This document shows, one piece after another, positions 37,349 through 50,445 of a DNA stretch of 64,000 nt. Below the pieces are notes generated by a model. That model was not told where the DNA came from. It did no database searches and was given only the letters and a program-made list of their open reading frames with translations. The position numbers and the translations under genes were made by a program. Every line of letters starts with the position of its first letter. Position 1 is the stretch's first letter. This stretch comes from Eledone cirrhosa. Lineage: Eukaryota. Where the stretch lies: contig OZ024743.1 of the NCBI GenBank assembly GCA_964016885.1, positions 251,906,001 through 251,970,000 on the forward strand, given 5' to 3'.

Positions 37349-37769
37349 GTATATATATATATACATATACATACACATATTCATATATACATGTGTGTAT
37401 TTATATCATCATCATCATCTGATGTCTGTTTTCCCTGCTGGTAAAGCTGGACTATATATATATATATATGCATGTGTGGTTGTGTATGTACATATCATCA
37501 CCATCATCATCATCATCATCATCAATATTTAACGTCCATTTTCTCTACTAGTAAGGGTTAGATGGATGGTCACAGTCCAAGAAAGGTCACAACTGAAGGA
37601 TATTCTTAACCCTTTGTTTGACACGTTTTCTATGCTTGGCTGCTGTTCCTATCACCAACTTCTTTACATAGATCATATATTATCAATGTAATTAGAATAA
37701 AACAGGCCAGTAAAAATATTATGGTGAAAAAATTGAGTTATATAATGTGAGTGATAGTAATAATAAAAA

Positions 37770-38832
37770 TGTTTCTACTTTTGGCACAAGGCCAGCAATC
37801 TGAAGGGAAGAGGGAAGTCGATTAAATTGACCCTAATGCATTACTGGTACTTTATTTTATCAACCCTCGTAATGATGAAAGGTAAAGCTAACCTTGGCAG
37901 GATTTGAACTTAGAACATAAATTCCACAAAACATGTCATCCGATGTTCTTCCTATTCTACCAATTCACTGCTCTAATATCTAAACTATAATAAAGTAAGA
38001 AGCCTGGGATTGTGTACGGTTTATAATTATTTATCCCCTTAGTGAAATAAGTTGGATTAATTTGAATAAATAATGAATGAATATTACATAATTTATCTAC
38101 TAAATTTCGTGGTTGTTCATTAAATATATTTTATTACTTATTTAAAGATTCACTTCTTTAAAATTTTCAAATGTCAACACTTCCGGTTAGCAAACGTTTA
38201 AATAAATATTCATATATTTCTGTCACTAATTTTCTCCTAATGCAGTTTATATATAATATCGTCTTTTTTTAATGTATCATGCATTACGTTACTGATTATA
38301 TAAGAGAGTGTAACACATTCGTTCAATTTCTGTGCATATTGTCAATTACGATTTTATTTGATGTATCATATCTACATGCATATATACTTGCGTATATATA
38401 CACTACACATGCTAGCAGAAAACCACCTAAAGATTGGTTTTTCTGCTAGTTAATATTAATGAATTTTGATTTAGGCATAAAGCCAGCAATTTTTTATGGG
38501 AGGGTAAAGTCGATTATATCAACCCCGGTGTGTGACTAGTACTTTATTTTATCGACTGCTTAATGATGAAAGGCAAAGCTAACGTCTGTGGGATTTAAAG
38601 TCAGAATGTAAAGGGCTGTAATTCGATGCCATGTAGCAGGATGTCTGCCTACTCTTCTAATAATAGGAATAATGGTTTTTGATTTAGGTGCAAGGCCAAC
38701 AATTTGACTGGTACTTTATTTTATCGATTGCATAAGGATGAAAGGCAAAGTTAACCTCAGCGGGATTTCAACTCTGAACGTAAAGGGAAGCAACTCTGTC
38801 GCAAACCAATACTGCTAATCCACCGCCCTTCA

Positions 38833-38868
<36 letters not shown>

Positions 38869-39050
38869 TGTTTCTACTTTAGGCACAAGGCCAGCAATTA
38901 CCCAGTGCATTACTGGTACTTTATTTTATCGACCCCGTAAGGATGAAAGGCAAAGTCAACCTCGGCGGGATTTGAACTCAGATCGTAAAGGGACGTAACA
39001 ATGCTGGAAAGCATGGCGTCCGACCCTCTACCGATACTGCCAATCCACCG
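37770..39050 (-). mobile_element. Cluster of four co-oriented SINE B copies with a nested Helitron
   Basis: Copies at about 37770-37975, 38462-38660, 38672-38830 and 38867-39050, with (AAT)n-type spacers. Confidence 0.8.
37979..38449 (+). mobile_element. Complete non-autonomous Helitron, family C
   Basis: A|TCTAAACTATAATAAAG ... CTAGCAGAAAACC..GGTTTTTCTGCTAG|T. Confidence 0.85.
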
Positions 39051-39650
39051 ATAATGATTTCTTTTTTTTGAGACAGTACAAAACTAAAGAACACAGAGTG
39101 AAAATAGTAGGTATTATAATAATAATAATAATAGAAAATTTGAAAATATTAATGTTAACAATAAAAACCATTAAAAAATGTTAACTAGTACGTGTTCCCC
39201 AATAAGTGGGGACTGCACTTCAGGGTAATTCTAGAGAGAATTTCCCCACAAAACCCTGGGTTACTCTGTTACCTCACAGTCATTAAAAGTGCCCCACAAT
39301 CGACCAATTCAATTTTCACCATTCTCAACCATTTTGCCATTCTCAACCATCCTTCATAAAATACACAAGATAAAATTAATGATGATATTGATAATAAAAA
39401 TAATAGTAACAACAACAATAATAATGATAATAATAAACATTAAGATATGTTATAAAAGAGGAAGGAATTTGATGAAGTAAAGGAATAAGGAGTGACTGTT
39501 TCACAGATGGAAGGGTTCTAATGGACCTTTTCAATTTTTATTATCTCATTTCATGGCTTTGAAAGGAACGCACATAGATCTAGGATATCATCATCATCAT
39601 CATCATCATTTTATGTCCGATTCATAGGGATATAATGCATTCTAGAATGG

Positions 39651-39688
<38 letters not shown>

Positions 39689-39881
39689 TATACATACATA
39701 GACATACATACATATATATATATATATATAAGTATGTATACGTACATACATATATGTATACATACGTACAGTAGTATGTATATATATATACATACATGCA
39801 CACATATATATACGTACATATATATACGTACATATATATATATATATATATTTTATTATTTTTTATTATTATTACTATATG

Positions 39882-39915
<34 letters not shown>

Positions 39916-39974
39916 GTAATGATAATAAATAATAATAATAAATAGTAATAATAATAATAAATTAACATAATAAT

Positions 39975-40155
39975 AATAATTGTTTCTACCTTTGGCACAA
40001 GGCCAGCAATTATTCAGTACATTACTGGTACTTTATTTTATCGACCCCGCAAGGATGAAAGGCAAAGTCAACCTCAGCGGGATTTGAACTCAGATCGAAA
40101 AGGGACGTAACTATGCTGGAAAGCATGGTGTCCGACCCTCTACCGATACTGCCAA
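39975..40155 (-). mobile_element. SINE family B
   Basis: Family B sequence between (AAT)n tracts. Confidence 0.85.
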
Positions 40156-40194
40156 TAATAATAATACACATACATATATATATACATACATTTA

Positions 40195-40227
<33 letters not shown>

Positions 40228-40269
40228 GTATACATATATATATATGTATACATATATATATATATATAT

Positions 40270-40312
<43 letters not shown>

Positions 40313-40403
40313 CACATATATATATATATATACATACATACATACATATATATATACATACATATATATATGAAAATAAGGGCGCTGCGGAGTTGCAAAT
40401 GGG

Positions 40404-40480
<77 letters not shown>

Positions 40481-40597
40481 CATATATATATATATATATA
40501 TACATACATATATATATATGTATACATATATATATATATGTATACATATATATGTATGTATCATCATCATTTTACGTCCGCTTTTGCCTGCTTATAT

Positions 40598-40982
40598 ATC
40601 ATCATCATCATCACCGTTTTACGTCCGTTCTTCCCCGCTAGCATGGGTTAGACGGGTTGTCCTATTATGGGCAGGGTCTGGTCGGCTGACCATGCCTTGC
40701 TCATACAGGAACTGATTTGGCTTGATTTCTACAGCTGGATGCCCTTCCTAACACCAACCTCATTTACAGTGAGTGCTGGGTGCTTTTTTGTGGCGCCTAC
40801 ACGTCCACTTTACAGTGTGGGCTGGGTGCTTTTTTGCCATAGCACCTCCACGACCACCTTGCAGTGGTGGGTGTGGGGGCATATTGTCTATATGCTTCAG
40901 CTTGTACCCATGGGATGTCGGGTACTCTATATTACTGCGTAAGCCAGAGGTCACGGTCGTGTGTCATCGCCTTTGAGAGGTG

Positions 40983-40983
<1 letters not shown>
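40598..40983 (-). mobile_element. RTE LINE 3' end (same subfamily as 27105-28497)
   Basis: Reverse complement of about 28105-28497. Confidence 0.9.
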
Positions 40984-41033
<50 letters not shown>

Positions 41034-41036
<3 letters not shown>

Positions 41037-41686
41037 TCATCATCATCATCAACGTTTAACGTCCGTGTTCCACGCTTGCATGGGTTTGGACGGGGGTAGT
41101 CCCACTTGAGGCAAGAGTGATTGTCTTGCTCGCATAGGACTGTCTGGCAGGTTTTCTACAGTTGGATGCCCTTCCTAACACCAACCACATTTACAGTGTG
41201 GGTCTGGGAGGTTTTTACCGTGTTGCCTACACGGCCACATTACAGCGTGGACTGTGTGTTTTTTTGTCGTGACACCTACACGATCTCATTTGTTTCGGCC
41301 TCGATGGCGCGGCACCAACATAACTTTACATAGAACGGGGTGGTGTGGATGGGGTGGGGGTGGGGGTGGTGGGACGGGGTGTATTTTGTTAGAGATGCCT
41401 ACTGGCTGGAGTAGGTTTTACTATATATTTAGGTAAGGCGGGTCTTCTCTGTTACCGAGTACCGCCAAAGGTCTCGGTCCAGTGACATTGTCTTGGAGAG
41501 GTGTAAGTGTGTGATGTCGGAGTTTATCAGCTCGTCCCAGGTTTTTCTAGGTCTGCCTATTCCGTGACTACCGTCTATCTTTATTGCCCTGCACTTTGTT
41601 ATACAGCTATCGACTTTCATGCGCATCACGTGTCCATACCAACGTAGCCTTCGCTCGAGTAAACAACATCTGATCCCTCTTATCTC

Positions 41687-41692
<6 letters not shown>
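41034..41692 (-). mobile_element. RTE LINE 3' end, diverged subfamily
   Basis: [25 protein letters not shown]...GRPRKTWDE...DRDLWR...RLT* plus variant UTR. The same UTR occurs at 48549-48788. Confidence 0.9.
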
Positions 41693-41731
<39 letters not shown>

Positions 41732-41770
41732 TGTATATATATGTATATATATATAGACACATATATATAC

Positions 41771-41835
<65 letters not shown>

Positions 41836-41845
41836 TGTGTATATA

Positions 41846-42800
41846 CATGAAAATCCCCTTAAGTAGCCACATTGCAGATTGTGCAGGAATTACACTACCC
41901 AACTTTAAAATTGTCCCCGTTTACAAGTGCCCTGATTCTTTCACTCAACAACAAAGAATGAATAAAGAAAAACTATTTATTAACAAATTTAAACCAAAAT
42001 TAAATCAGTAATTAGAATTACCCCCCCCCCCCCACACACACACATAAACACACAAACATCACAAAATAAGAGAAACAATTGCTCATACACATAATTTCCG
42101 AAAATTCTTGATCGAAAGCCACCACTGATGCTTTGCTCTGATTTTTAAAAAATTCCCATCACAAAGGGACCTGTGACCAACAGGCTGAAGCATGCACACA
42201 CTTCCCCCAACACATGTGTGTATTTTTCTATATATATATACAATCAAACGTACACACTCACACTCTCTAAAGCCATATTCCAGAAATAGAATTTCTTTTA
42301 CTACCCTACTGTTGCCAATCCCATAGAATTTGTCTCTAGCTTACAATTCCCCTCTTTGCCTTTCCCATCTGAACTCTTGACCAGTCCATTAACACAATTG
42401 AGATACTCACACATATTTACAGAATATTTGTCCCTAAAAACAATGTTGTTTTATGTGAAAAAACACACCCACCACCACTGCTGCTACTACTACTTTGACT
42501 ATACACAAGAGTTCATTTTCCAGTCTCCTTCTCAACAAGGAAGATGAAAAAACTTGCCTCAACACTTAATTTTGAATCTTTAATTTTTAGTTTTTAATTC
42601 TTATTAATTCTTTTTAATTGTAATATTCAACATTTGTAAGATGAATTTTACTAATACGTCGAAACCAGTAATATTTTATATAATTTATATACATTATAAA
42701 ACTCCTTTTTAAAAGAATTGTCCCTCTCATTTTTTAAATAATGTAACTGTGTCGAATCAAAGAAAGGAAAAAAAAGAAAAACAGACCCTTAAATATATTT
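41846..42800 (+). mobile_element. Penelope-like element 3' end (GIY-YIG C-terminus plus downstream region)
   Basis: [51 protein letters not shown] ends at 42011. Right boundary uncertain. Confidence 0.65.
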
Positions 42801-42819
42801 TCCATGGTATTCCCAGTTT

Positions 42820-42869
<50 letters not shown>

Positions 42870-42929
42870 ATATATATATATTCATACACACATGCAGATA
42901 TAGCTAATACACTAATACAAACACACAGA

Positions 42930-42964
<35 letters not shown>

Positions 42965-42992
42965 CTATATCTTCCATTTATATATATATATA

Positions 42993-44188
42993 TAACAAAG
43001 GAATTGTGGTAAGGAACCAGATGGACCATAACGCACCAGAGTACTCAATACTTAGGGTAGTAGAGTGGGAAATAGGAAAAAGTATGACCCCGACGGCAGA
43101 GCTCAAGCCGTTTCGACGGCTATTTCTGGACTAAATTAGAATTTTTAGCCTGGTGAATAAATAGCCGAAGTTGTCAAGGGGGTACTTCCTTATATGGGAA
43201 GATTGTAGTTGTCAAGAGGATTGGTTAAAATTTGTTGTAAACACAAATAAGTCTATCATGGCTTATTTTTTGCAAGTGGGGGGGTATCAGCCCTAGTCTA
43301 CCCAGTTCGAACTGGTAACCGCATGCAAACACAGATTGCATAGGACTTACCTCTCCCTCAAACCCCATAACGACCCAGGTGGGTAGACTAGGGCTGATAC
43401 CCCCACCCCCACTTGCCGAATAGGTTAGGGGAAACCCCAGCTTACATAGGTAGATGTATTTCTTTTCTTTTCTTCTTTGTCTTCTTCTTCCCCCTGTCTC
43501 ATCCTATCACTTCCTTCCACCCCCTATTTTCTTCCTTGTCTGCTTTTCCCCTTTCGCCTACCCCGATGCAGCCCATCGGGCCTCTGTAGCATCAATTCCC
43601 CCACCCCTGTAATTTTAAGATAGAATTGGCCGAATACGTTTTACTAACTACTTATAGCAGATGTGTTAAAACCCTTTAATTTTGTATCAGTTTTGGTACT
43701 ACTCAATTTCTACAAGTTTTTTCTATTAACAACTTATTAACCTGTAATTGTAAGATAGCATTGTGATTTTTTTTACTCATTTTTCACTATCTAATTTCAT
43801 ATATTTTTTTATTTCTTTTACTGTCTCCTATTATCTTTTATCGTCTCCTACTCTCATTCGATTTACCTATTCTATAACCTCCCTCCTCCACTTCATACAC
43901 TATCCTTAGAATCTGCTGTATACATATCACTTTCAATGCTTGACTGCTCCACTCATTCCCCTATTGTTCTACAGGCAAGTTCAGCCACCCCTACCTTCCA
44001 CCAAATGCCACATTTGTGTTTACAACAAATTTTAGCCAATCCTCTTGACAACTACAATCTTCCCATATAAGGAAGTACCCCCTTGACAAGTTTGGCTATT
44101 TATTCACCAGGCTAAAAATTCTAATTTAGTCCAGAAATAGCCGTCGAAATGGCTTGAACTCTGCCGTCGGGGTCATACTCTTTCCTAT
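42993..44188. mobile_element. Non-coding element with about 180-bp inverted repeats carrying a hammerhead-like three-way junction
   Basis: 43070-43250 is the reverse complement of 44010-44188. Internal hairpin at 43272-43303/43380-43416. Flanked by (TA)n. Confidence 0.7.
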
Positions 44189-44244
44189 ATATATATATCA
44201 CAGAAAAAAAGAGAATCAGTATTTCGACGAATGGAATTTATTGG

Positions 44245-44338
44245 ACATATTACATTCGTTTCTCTGACGGCCAGCTCGAGGGACGATCGATGTGATGATC
44301 GAACCTGACTCTGAAAATCGCCAGGTCCTCAGATACAT
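44245..44338 (-). ncRNA. Type I hammerhead-like motif with a 63-nt stem II region
   Basis: ATGTAT-CTGAGGA-CCTGGCG...CGTCAGA-GAAAC-GAAT-GTA-ATATGT, followed by AATAAA. Confidence 0.65.
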
Positions 44339-44757
44339 CTTGATTCTACGAAGCAGATTTTCCAATTATATATATATATCATCATTTTATGCCCGCTTTT
44401 CCCTGCTTGCATAAACAGTACAGGATTTAATGGAAGTTACAAGAAATGTGTACGTAAATACACACATTTATATATGTAAGCACATGCATTTATTTCTGAA
44501 AACATATTTCTAAATGTAAACTCAAACATTTATATAAGTAAACAAACACACACACATATTTGTATATGTAAACAAACATACACATTGATGCATGTAAACA
44601 CATACACATTAATTTATGTACATACACACACTTATATGTAAATACACATACATATACATTTATAGATAAAAATACACACATTTATATATGCAAACACACT
44701 CACATTTATTTCTGAAAATATTTTTATGCAAACATGCCTGATGCATTTCTCTGTAGA

Positions 44758-44991
44758 CATGGGTGGTGGAAGCATTTCTGTATTGGGGGCAGCAAAGTTG
44801 GTCAATTTAGTTGTTGTGATTAGTTTAGCTTTTTGCACTCTAAAATGATCAGAAAACTTTGATATGCAATAAACACAACATGTACATAAATTGTAGCTCA
44901 TTTACAAATAGATGTGTGTTTTGGTAGTTTGGGGATAAAAATATAATTATGGGGGCGTTGCCCCCCTTCCCCTCCAATTCCACCGCCCCTG
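44758..44991. mobile_element. Degenerate MITE with hAT-like CAGGGGCGG termini
   Basis: CATGGGTGGTGGAA ... TTCCACCGCCCCTG. No TSD recognised. Confidence 0.45.
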
Positions 44992-45139
44992 GTCAATCAA
45001 TGAAGGTGAACAGCTTGACTTACGTTTCATTTATTAGTGTCACCCTCTTCAGAGTCTAGATTTATCTCTCACAACCTGTATAACCGAAGACTTTATAAAC
45101 CTATCAAATGTGGCAAACTTATTGTAGCTTTATTTTGGA

Positions 45140-45700
45140 GTAATGCTTATCTGCCAACTAACTTGATCTGTAATTATGTGTTGAAACTAAAGCAATTATA
45201 TTGTGGAAGAGCCAAGTTGTACATGTTTGGCGAGTGACATGATCTGACACTGTGTGTTGAAACTAAAGCAATTACCATACATACTCGAATATAAGCTGCC
45301 CCTACCCCTCATTTTATGCCTGTAAAATAGATAAAAATCTTGAATATAAGTTGACCCTCTCATTTTAACATCGATCTTTTGTCACATATTTCTCGGTTTA
45401 CATACAAGTGTATACTGTGTATCATGGAAGAGTAATTTTAGTCACAGTTGTACATGTCTGGTAAATGACTTGATCTGAGACCATGTGTTGTATCTAAAGC
45501 AATTACATTGTGGCAGAATAATTTAAGCCACAGTTGTACATACCTGGCAAATGACTTGATCTGTGACTGTGTGATAAAACTAAAGTATTTGACATTGTGA
45601 AAGAATCATTTCAGTTACAATTGAACTTGTCTGGCAAATCTAAGTGTGTGTATTGAAACTAATTTAATTATAGCACAGAAAAATCACTTTAGCCATTCAA
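45140..45700. repeat. Degenerate tandem repeat of about 75-85 bp with a nested Tc1/pogo-like MITE (about 45277-45417)
   Basis: Units TTGTACATGTCTGGCAAATGACTTGATCTG..TGTGTTGAAACTAAAGCAATTA. Insert begins TA|CCATACATACTCGAATATAAG and ends TTACATACAAGTGTATACTG. Confidence 0.65.
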
Positions 45701-45701
45701 G

Positions 45702-46040
45702 AAACACAAAAGCTATTAAGTTCACTTTAAATTCATCATATATTGATGTCAAAATTATCATCACACTGTTTGCAACCTCATCACTGACACAGTTCCACAG
45801 CCACTAATTTGAAACTTAGTTATCAACTAGATTTGATCACCCTTCAGACCTTTTTGATGTAAAACTGAATAGAAATAAAAAAAACTTTCAAAAGTCCCTG
45901 AGGTCAATAAAAACTGACCAGATCCTAAATTTCAAACAAGCTTCAGTTAAAATGTGTCAGTGACAAGATTGTAAACAGTATAATGATAATTTTGACACCA
46001 AGAAATGAATAACTTTAAAATGAATTTAACAGCTTTTGTG
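45702..46040. mobile_element. MITE-like element with imperfect inverted repeats of about 90 bp
   Basis: ACACAAAAGCT...TGTCAAAATTATCAT...CACTGACACA is mirrored at 45953-46040. Confidence 0.6.
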
Positions 46041-46306
46041 TGTGTGTGTATGTGTTAGTTATATAACAAAGTCTCTACAAATGTTTGACTATTTCTTTCC
46101 TTTTCTTTGCTGCTTCTTTGCTCACTTATTCGTAAGAGGAATGTGGGGGAAGAGTAATCAAATACACCTTCCAGAAGGTCCTATCAGAAGCAACCATCTT
46201 CAACTAAGCTTATGAATATTATCAAACCATCTTGCTCATGGTCTATTTCTAGATCTCCTACCTGTTGGCTTTGCCTATAAAATATGTCCAGGAATTATTT
46301 CCTTAA

Positions 46307-46525
46307 CCCTTTAGCATTTAAACTGGCCATATCCGACCAGAATTCTCTTACCTCTTTCTGTTCAAACCAGCCACAACTGGCTGTTCATACTTATGTTATG
46401 GTATTGTTCTCAAAATAAATAATATCAACATCTCATAGATTCGATTTATGTGAGATAATTATGTTAAATAAAGCCTTTACCATGAAAATACAATAGTAAA
46501 TATAGAGTAATGTAAATGCTAAAGG
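46307..46525. mobile_element. piggyBac-like MITE
   Basis: TTAA|CCCTTTAGCATTTA ... TAAATGCTAAAGG|TTAA. Confidence 0.8.
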
Positions 46526-47082
46526 TTAAACATTTTAACCACATGTCCATAGTATTGCAGCTGTGATCTCTTAATGCAGAAAAGCAGCAGTTTTACATGA
46601 AGTAACTCTCTGATCTCCAAGCTATGCACTCTATCAAATAGCATTACTTCAAAGACCTTTTGGAGGAACCCCATTTCAGCCATGATGAATTTCAAAATTC
46701 TTTGAAAATCATAGAAATATGATAACTAAAGTGTTAATAAACAAATAGAATTATATTTCAGTGATTTTCATGTTAACTGACAACTAGGGTTGAGGACTGC
46801 ACAAATGACAGGGGTTGGGTTATGTGAAGCGGTGGGATTATTAGTCACAGAGTTAATTATTCAGCTGTTATTTCACTTGAGATATTTCCTGCAATTGACT
46901 TTGTCAATTCCTTGCTAATGAGAGAGTTAAATAAATATTTATTTTAAATTTATTTCTCCCAACCATTTCTGCTAGCTTCTCTCAACTTTCAGGTAATAAT
47001 ACCAACTGTGTCAACAGACTTAGATTCAGTGGAATTCCTGTTAACTGGTGGCAATTCTTGTGCTGTTGTTATTAATTAATCA

Positions 47083-47113
<31 letters not shown>

Positions 47114-47124
47114 CTTCTTCTTCG

Positions 47125-47660
47125 TCATCATCATCAAACGACCGTTTTCCAAACTAGCATGGGCTAGTCGAGTCGTCCCATTGTGAGGTGAATCAGATCA
47201 GATGATCATGTCTCGCTTATACAAAACTGTTTCAAACTTGTTTTCTACGGCTGGATGCCCTTTTTAATACCAACCACATTTATAGTGTGGACTGGGTGCT
47301 TTTTGCTGTGACAACTACACAACAATTTTACTGTGTGGACTGGATGCTTTTTGCCTTGGCCTCAAAACATCCACCTTAAAGTATGGACTTGGTGCTTTTT
47401 GTCATGTCACCATCATGATGCCTTTACAGAGGAGACTGGATGCCTCCTGTAGTATCACCAACATGTCCATCGTTTTGGGTGGACTGGGTGCTTATTTGAC
47501 ATGTCACCAGCATGACCACCTTAGTTTAGGTGTTCTTTTGTTATGTCACCTAACAGGGAGGACCAGGTGCTCTTTTGTCATGATACTAACATCAGCATCT
47601 TACATGGAGGACTAGAGTTTCTGTTGTGTCACCAGAATGACCACCTTACTGGGTGGATTG
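47125..47660 (-). mobile_element. Old RTE 3'UTR with expanded internal repeat of about 40-50 bp
   Basis: RTE tail followed by about 8 GTGGACTGGGTGCTTTT..TGTCACC units. Confidence 0.65.
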
Positions 47661-48499
47661 AAAGCTTTTAGAAAATAGAAATAGAAGTTTTCGCCACACC
47701 TTTGACCAAAGAAATTTTAGCCTGATAGTGGGGTTTTGAACCCTTTAAGAAATAGAAAAAGATGACTACTGACGCACATGGGAGTCAAACCAACATTTCA
47801 TCAACATTGTGGGAGAGCGAGTTCAGTTTTCCATGCCTGTATGCATAGGCTAGTTAAGAGAAGTGCATTAAACATGGACATCAAGGGTGGGGTGGGGATT
47901 GGAGAGAGAGAGAGAGAATTGAATTAAATAAAACGTCACTATCATCACACACACCACAAAATTACATATCTGATATATATATATAAGAATAAAATGTATG
48001 ATGACAAATAATGAGAACAACAGCAAAGATTGATACACAATAAAAAAAACAGCAAAAAAAAACAAGTACAACAACTATATCAACAATAACAAGATCAATA
48101 GTAACAGCAAACATCGAAATAAAACAAGAAATTCATAGTTATTAACATAAATATGAAACATAACTGAAATAGACACACCTACACATATACATAAACACAA
48201 ACACACATATATACACACAAAAATCACTCATGCACATACACACATATAGACACAGAGACATGTATACAGACACAGACATATCACATAGACACTTCAAGGA
48301 ATTTGTGACATATGCACTATGGTACATATATACACTCATGCAAGCAGACACACATGCAGATACACTCACAAAGATGAAATTTGTGTGGAAATATTTATCC
48401 CATAAGAGGTGAGACCATGAAAGATAGTCTGATGCTGCTGATCTTTGGAAAACATATCCATTAAAATATTTTAATTGGTTTTGTTTTGGTGGTTTATTT

Positions 48500-48550
<51 letters not shown>

Positions 48551-48803
48551 TCATCATCATCATCATCATCATCATCGTTTAACGTCCATCTTCCACGCTT
48601 GCATGGGTTTGGATGGGAGTTTTCCCACTTGAGGCAGGATATGGTTGTCCTGCTCGTATAGGACTGTCTGGTGGGTTTTCTACGGCTGGATGCCCTTCCT
48701 AACACCAACCACATTTACAGTGTGGAACTGGGAGGTTTTTACCGTGTTACCTACACGGCCACATTACAGCGTGGACTGTGTGTTTTGTATATATATATAT
48801 ATA

Positions 48804-48903
48804 CAAGGTGTCCCAAAAAATTGTATACACACTTCAACAGCATTATAATAAATACTGCCTGTACAGGTAATCAAAGTGTGTATACATTTTTGGGGACACT
48901 CTT
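48804..48903. mobile_element. Tc1/mariner-type MITE in (TA)n
   Basis: TA|CAAGGTGTCCCAAAAAATTGTATACACACTT ... AAGTGTGTATACATTTTTGGGGACACTCT. Confidence 0.75.
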
Positions 48904-48918
48904 TATATATATATATAT

Positions 48919-49297
48919 CATCATCATCATCATCATCATCACCGTTTTACGTCCGTTCTTCCATGCTAGCATGGGTTAGACGGGTTGTCCTGTTGTGGGC
49001 AGTGTCCAGTTGGCTGACCTTGTCTTGCTCATACGGGAACTGATTATGGCTTGATTTCTACAGCTTGATGCCCTTCCTAACACCAACCACATTTACAGTG
49101 AGTGCTGGGTGCTTTTTTACCGTGGCACCTCCATGACCACTTTGCAGTGGAATGATAGGGACCCCAGTCCTATCATCTTATTTCTACAGCTGAGTAAACT
49201 GGAGCAATGTGTCTTGCTCAAGGAAACAACACATCACATGAGAATTGAACTCAAAACCTTTCGATTGCAAGGCCAATGCTCTAATCACTAAGCCATA
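48919..49297 (-). mobile_element. SINE family A variant carrying the LINE-type terminal segment
   Basis: SINE head and core, but the 3' end matches the LINE terminus 28380-28497 rather than the usual short SINE end. Confidence 0.85.
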
Positions 49298-49859
49298 TAT
49301 ATATATATATATATGTATGTAAAATGTAAACAGAAATAACAACACAATCGGAAGAGATAGATTGAGGGGATGGGTGGGATGGAATTGGAAAAAATGTCTT
49401 TAGATAAAAATAACAGGTTCATTCATGTTGACATCTCTTCCAAAACTGTTGGTGCTGGCGTTTTGTGTATGATTTATTTTTTAGACACGCACACACACAT
49501 ACACACAAACATACACACATATATATTATCATAATCATCATTTTACATCCACTTTCCCTGTAGTATGATATGAACTAACACTGTATATGGGTTTCATATA
49601 TGACCACACACACACACACTAAGATTGTTTTGGAAAAGCCAAGTACAATGCAAATAGGAAATATAATGATGGAACTAGGGTAGAGTAAAATAAGAATGAC
49701 AAAACAATAGTGTTTAGCCTATATTTCATGGTTAGAACTTCTTTTTCAGAAGAAGAATGAAGAAAAACTGGAGTGTCTTGTTATTGCAAGTTACTCTTTT
49801 TTGTATGAGTGATTGCTGACGGAAACATGAGATGCACAGAGTGATCATAATAACCAGTG

Positions 49860-50125
49860 AGTTCCATGTAACTCAAACCTGTTGTTAATAGTAAGTTTAT
49901 ACTTGTTGATAAGAAGAGCCTCTTTGATCTCCAAATTACCACCGTTTCCCCCTCAATGGTTTCAATGGTGACTTCTATATCTTGAGTGTGGCAGATTTGT
50001 AGGCATTTTTGACAGAAGAAGCACTCGTGTTCATATGATCATTGATCTGTATGTGTAGCTTCCAGGCAAAGCTACCAATGGAAGAGCCACCATATTTTTA
50101 TTTGGTGAACTTGTATACCACATAC
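49860..50125 (-). pseudogene. Degraded GIY-YIG endonuclease of a Penelope-like element
   Basis: VYKFT...IGSFAWKLHIQINDH...LQICHTQDIEVTIE.../NLEIKEALLINKYKLTINNRFE, read across frameshifts. Confidence 0.6.
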
Positions 50126-50224
50126 AATCTCAAACACATATAAAAGAAATAAAAAAGCTGTTCAGCATATAAGACCATGGAATTCCATTGGTCTTCCTAT
50201 TGTTGCTAGTTGCAACACTGGAAG

Positions 50225-50410
50225 CCATCAAAGTGGTGTGATGAGGGAGCTTCAGAGAAACCTAAAAGATTCCTTCCAGGACTGCATGGAGGCATGGCAG
50301 AGAAGGATGGGAAAGTGCATTAGATGTGGTGGGGATTATTTTGAAGTGGAAATCTTGTAGAGTGTAGTTTTAATTTGAAATCTTTTTTGCTCCATTTCTT
50401 TTCTGACACA

Positions 50411-50412
<2 letters not shown>
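50225..50412 (+). mobile_element. Mariner transposase C-terminus and right end
   Basis: DSFQDCMEAWQRRMGKCIRCGGDYFEVEIL*, followed by a TIR-like TTTTCTGACACA and (TA)n. Confidence 0.75.

Positions 50413-50445
<33 letters not shown>

Noticed and set aside
42630-42680. Hammerhead candidate downstream of the GIY-YIG remnant (AGATGA...CGAAACCAGTA), and a similar one at about 49715-49755(-)
   Set aside because: Core and stems are too degenerate to support.
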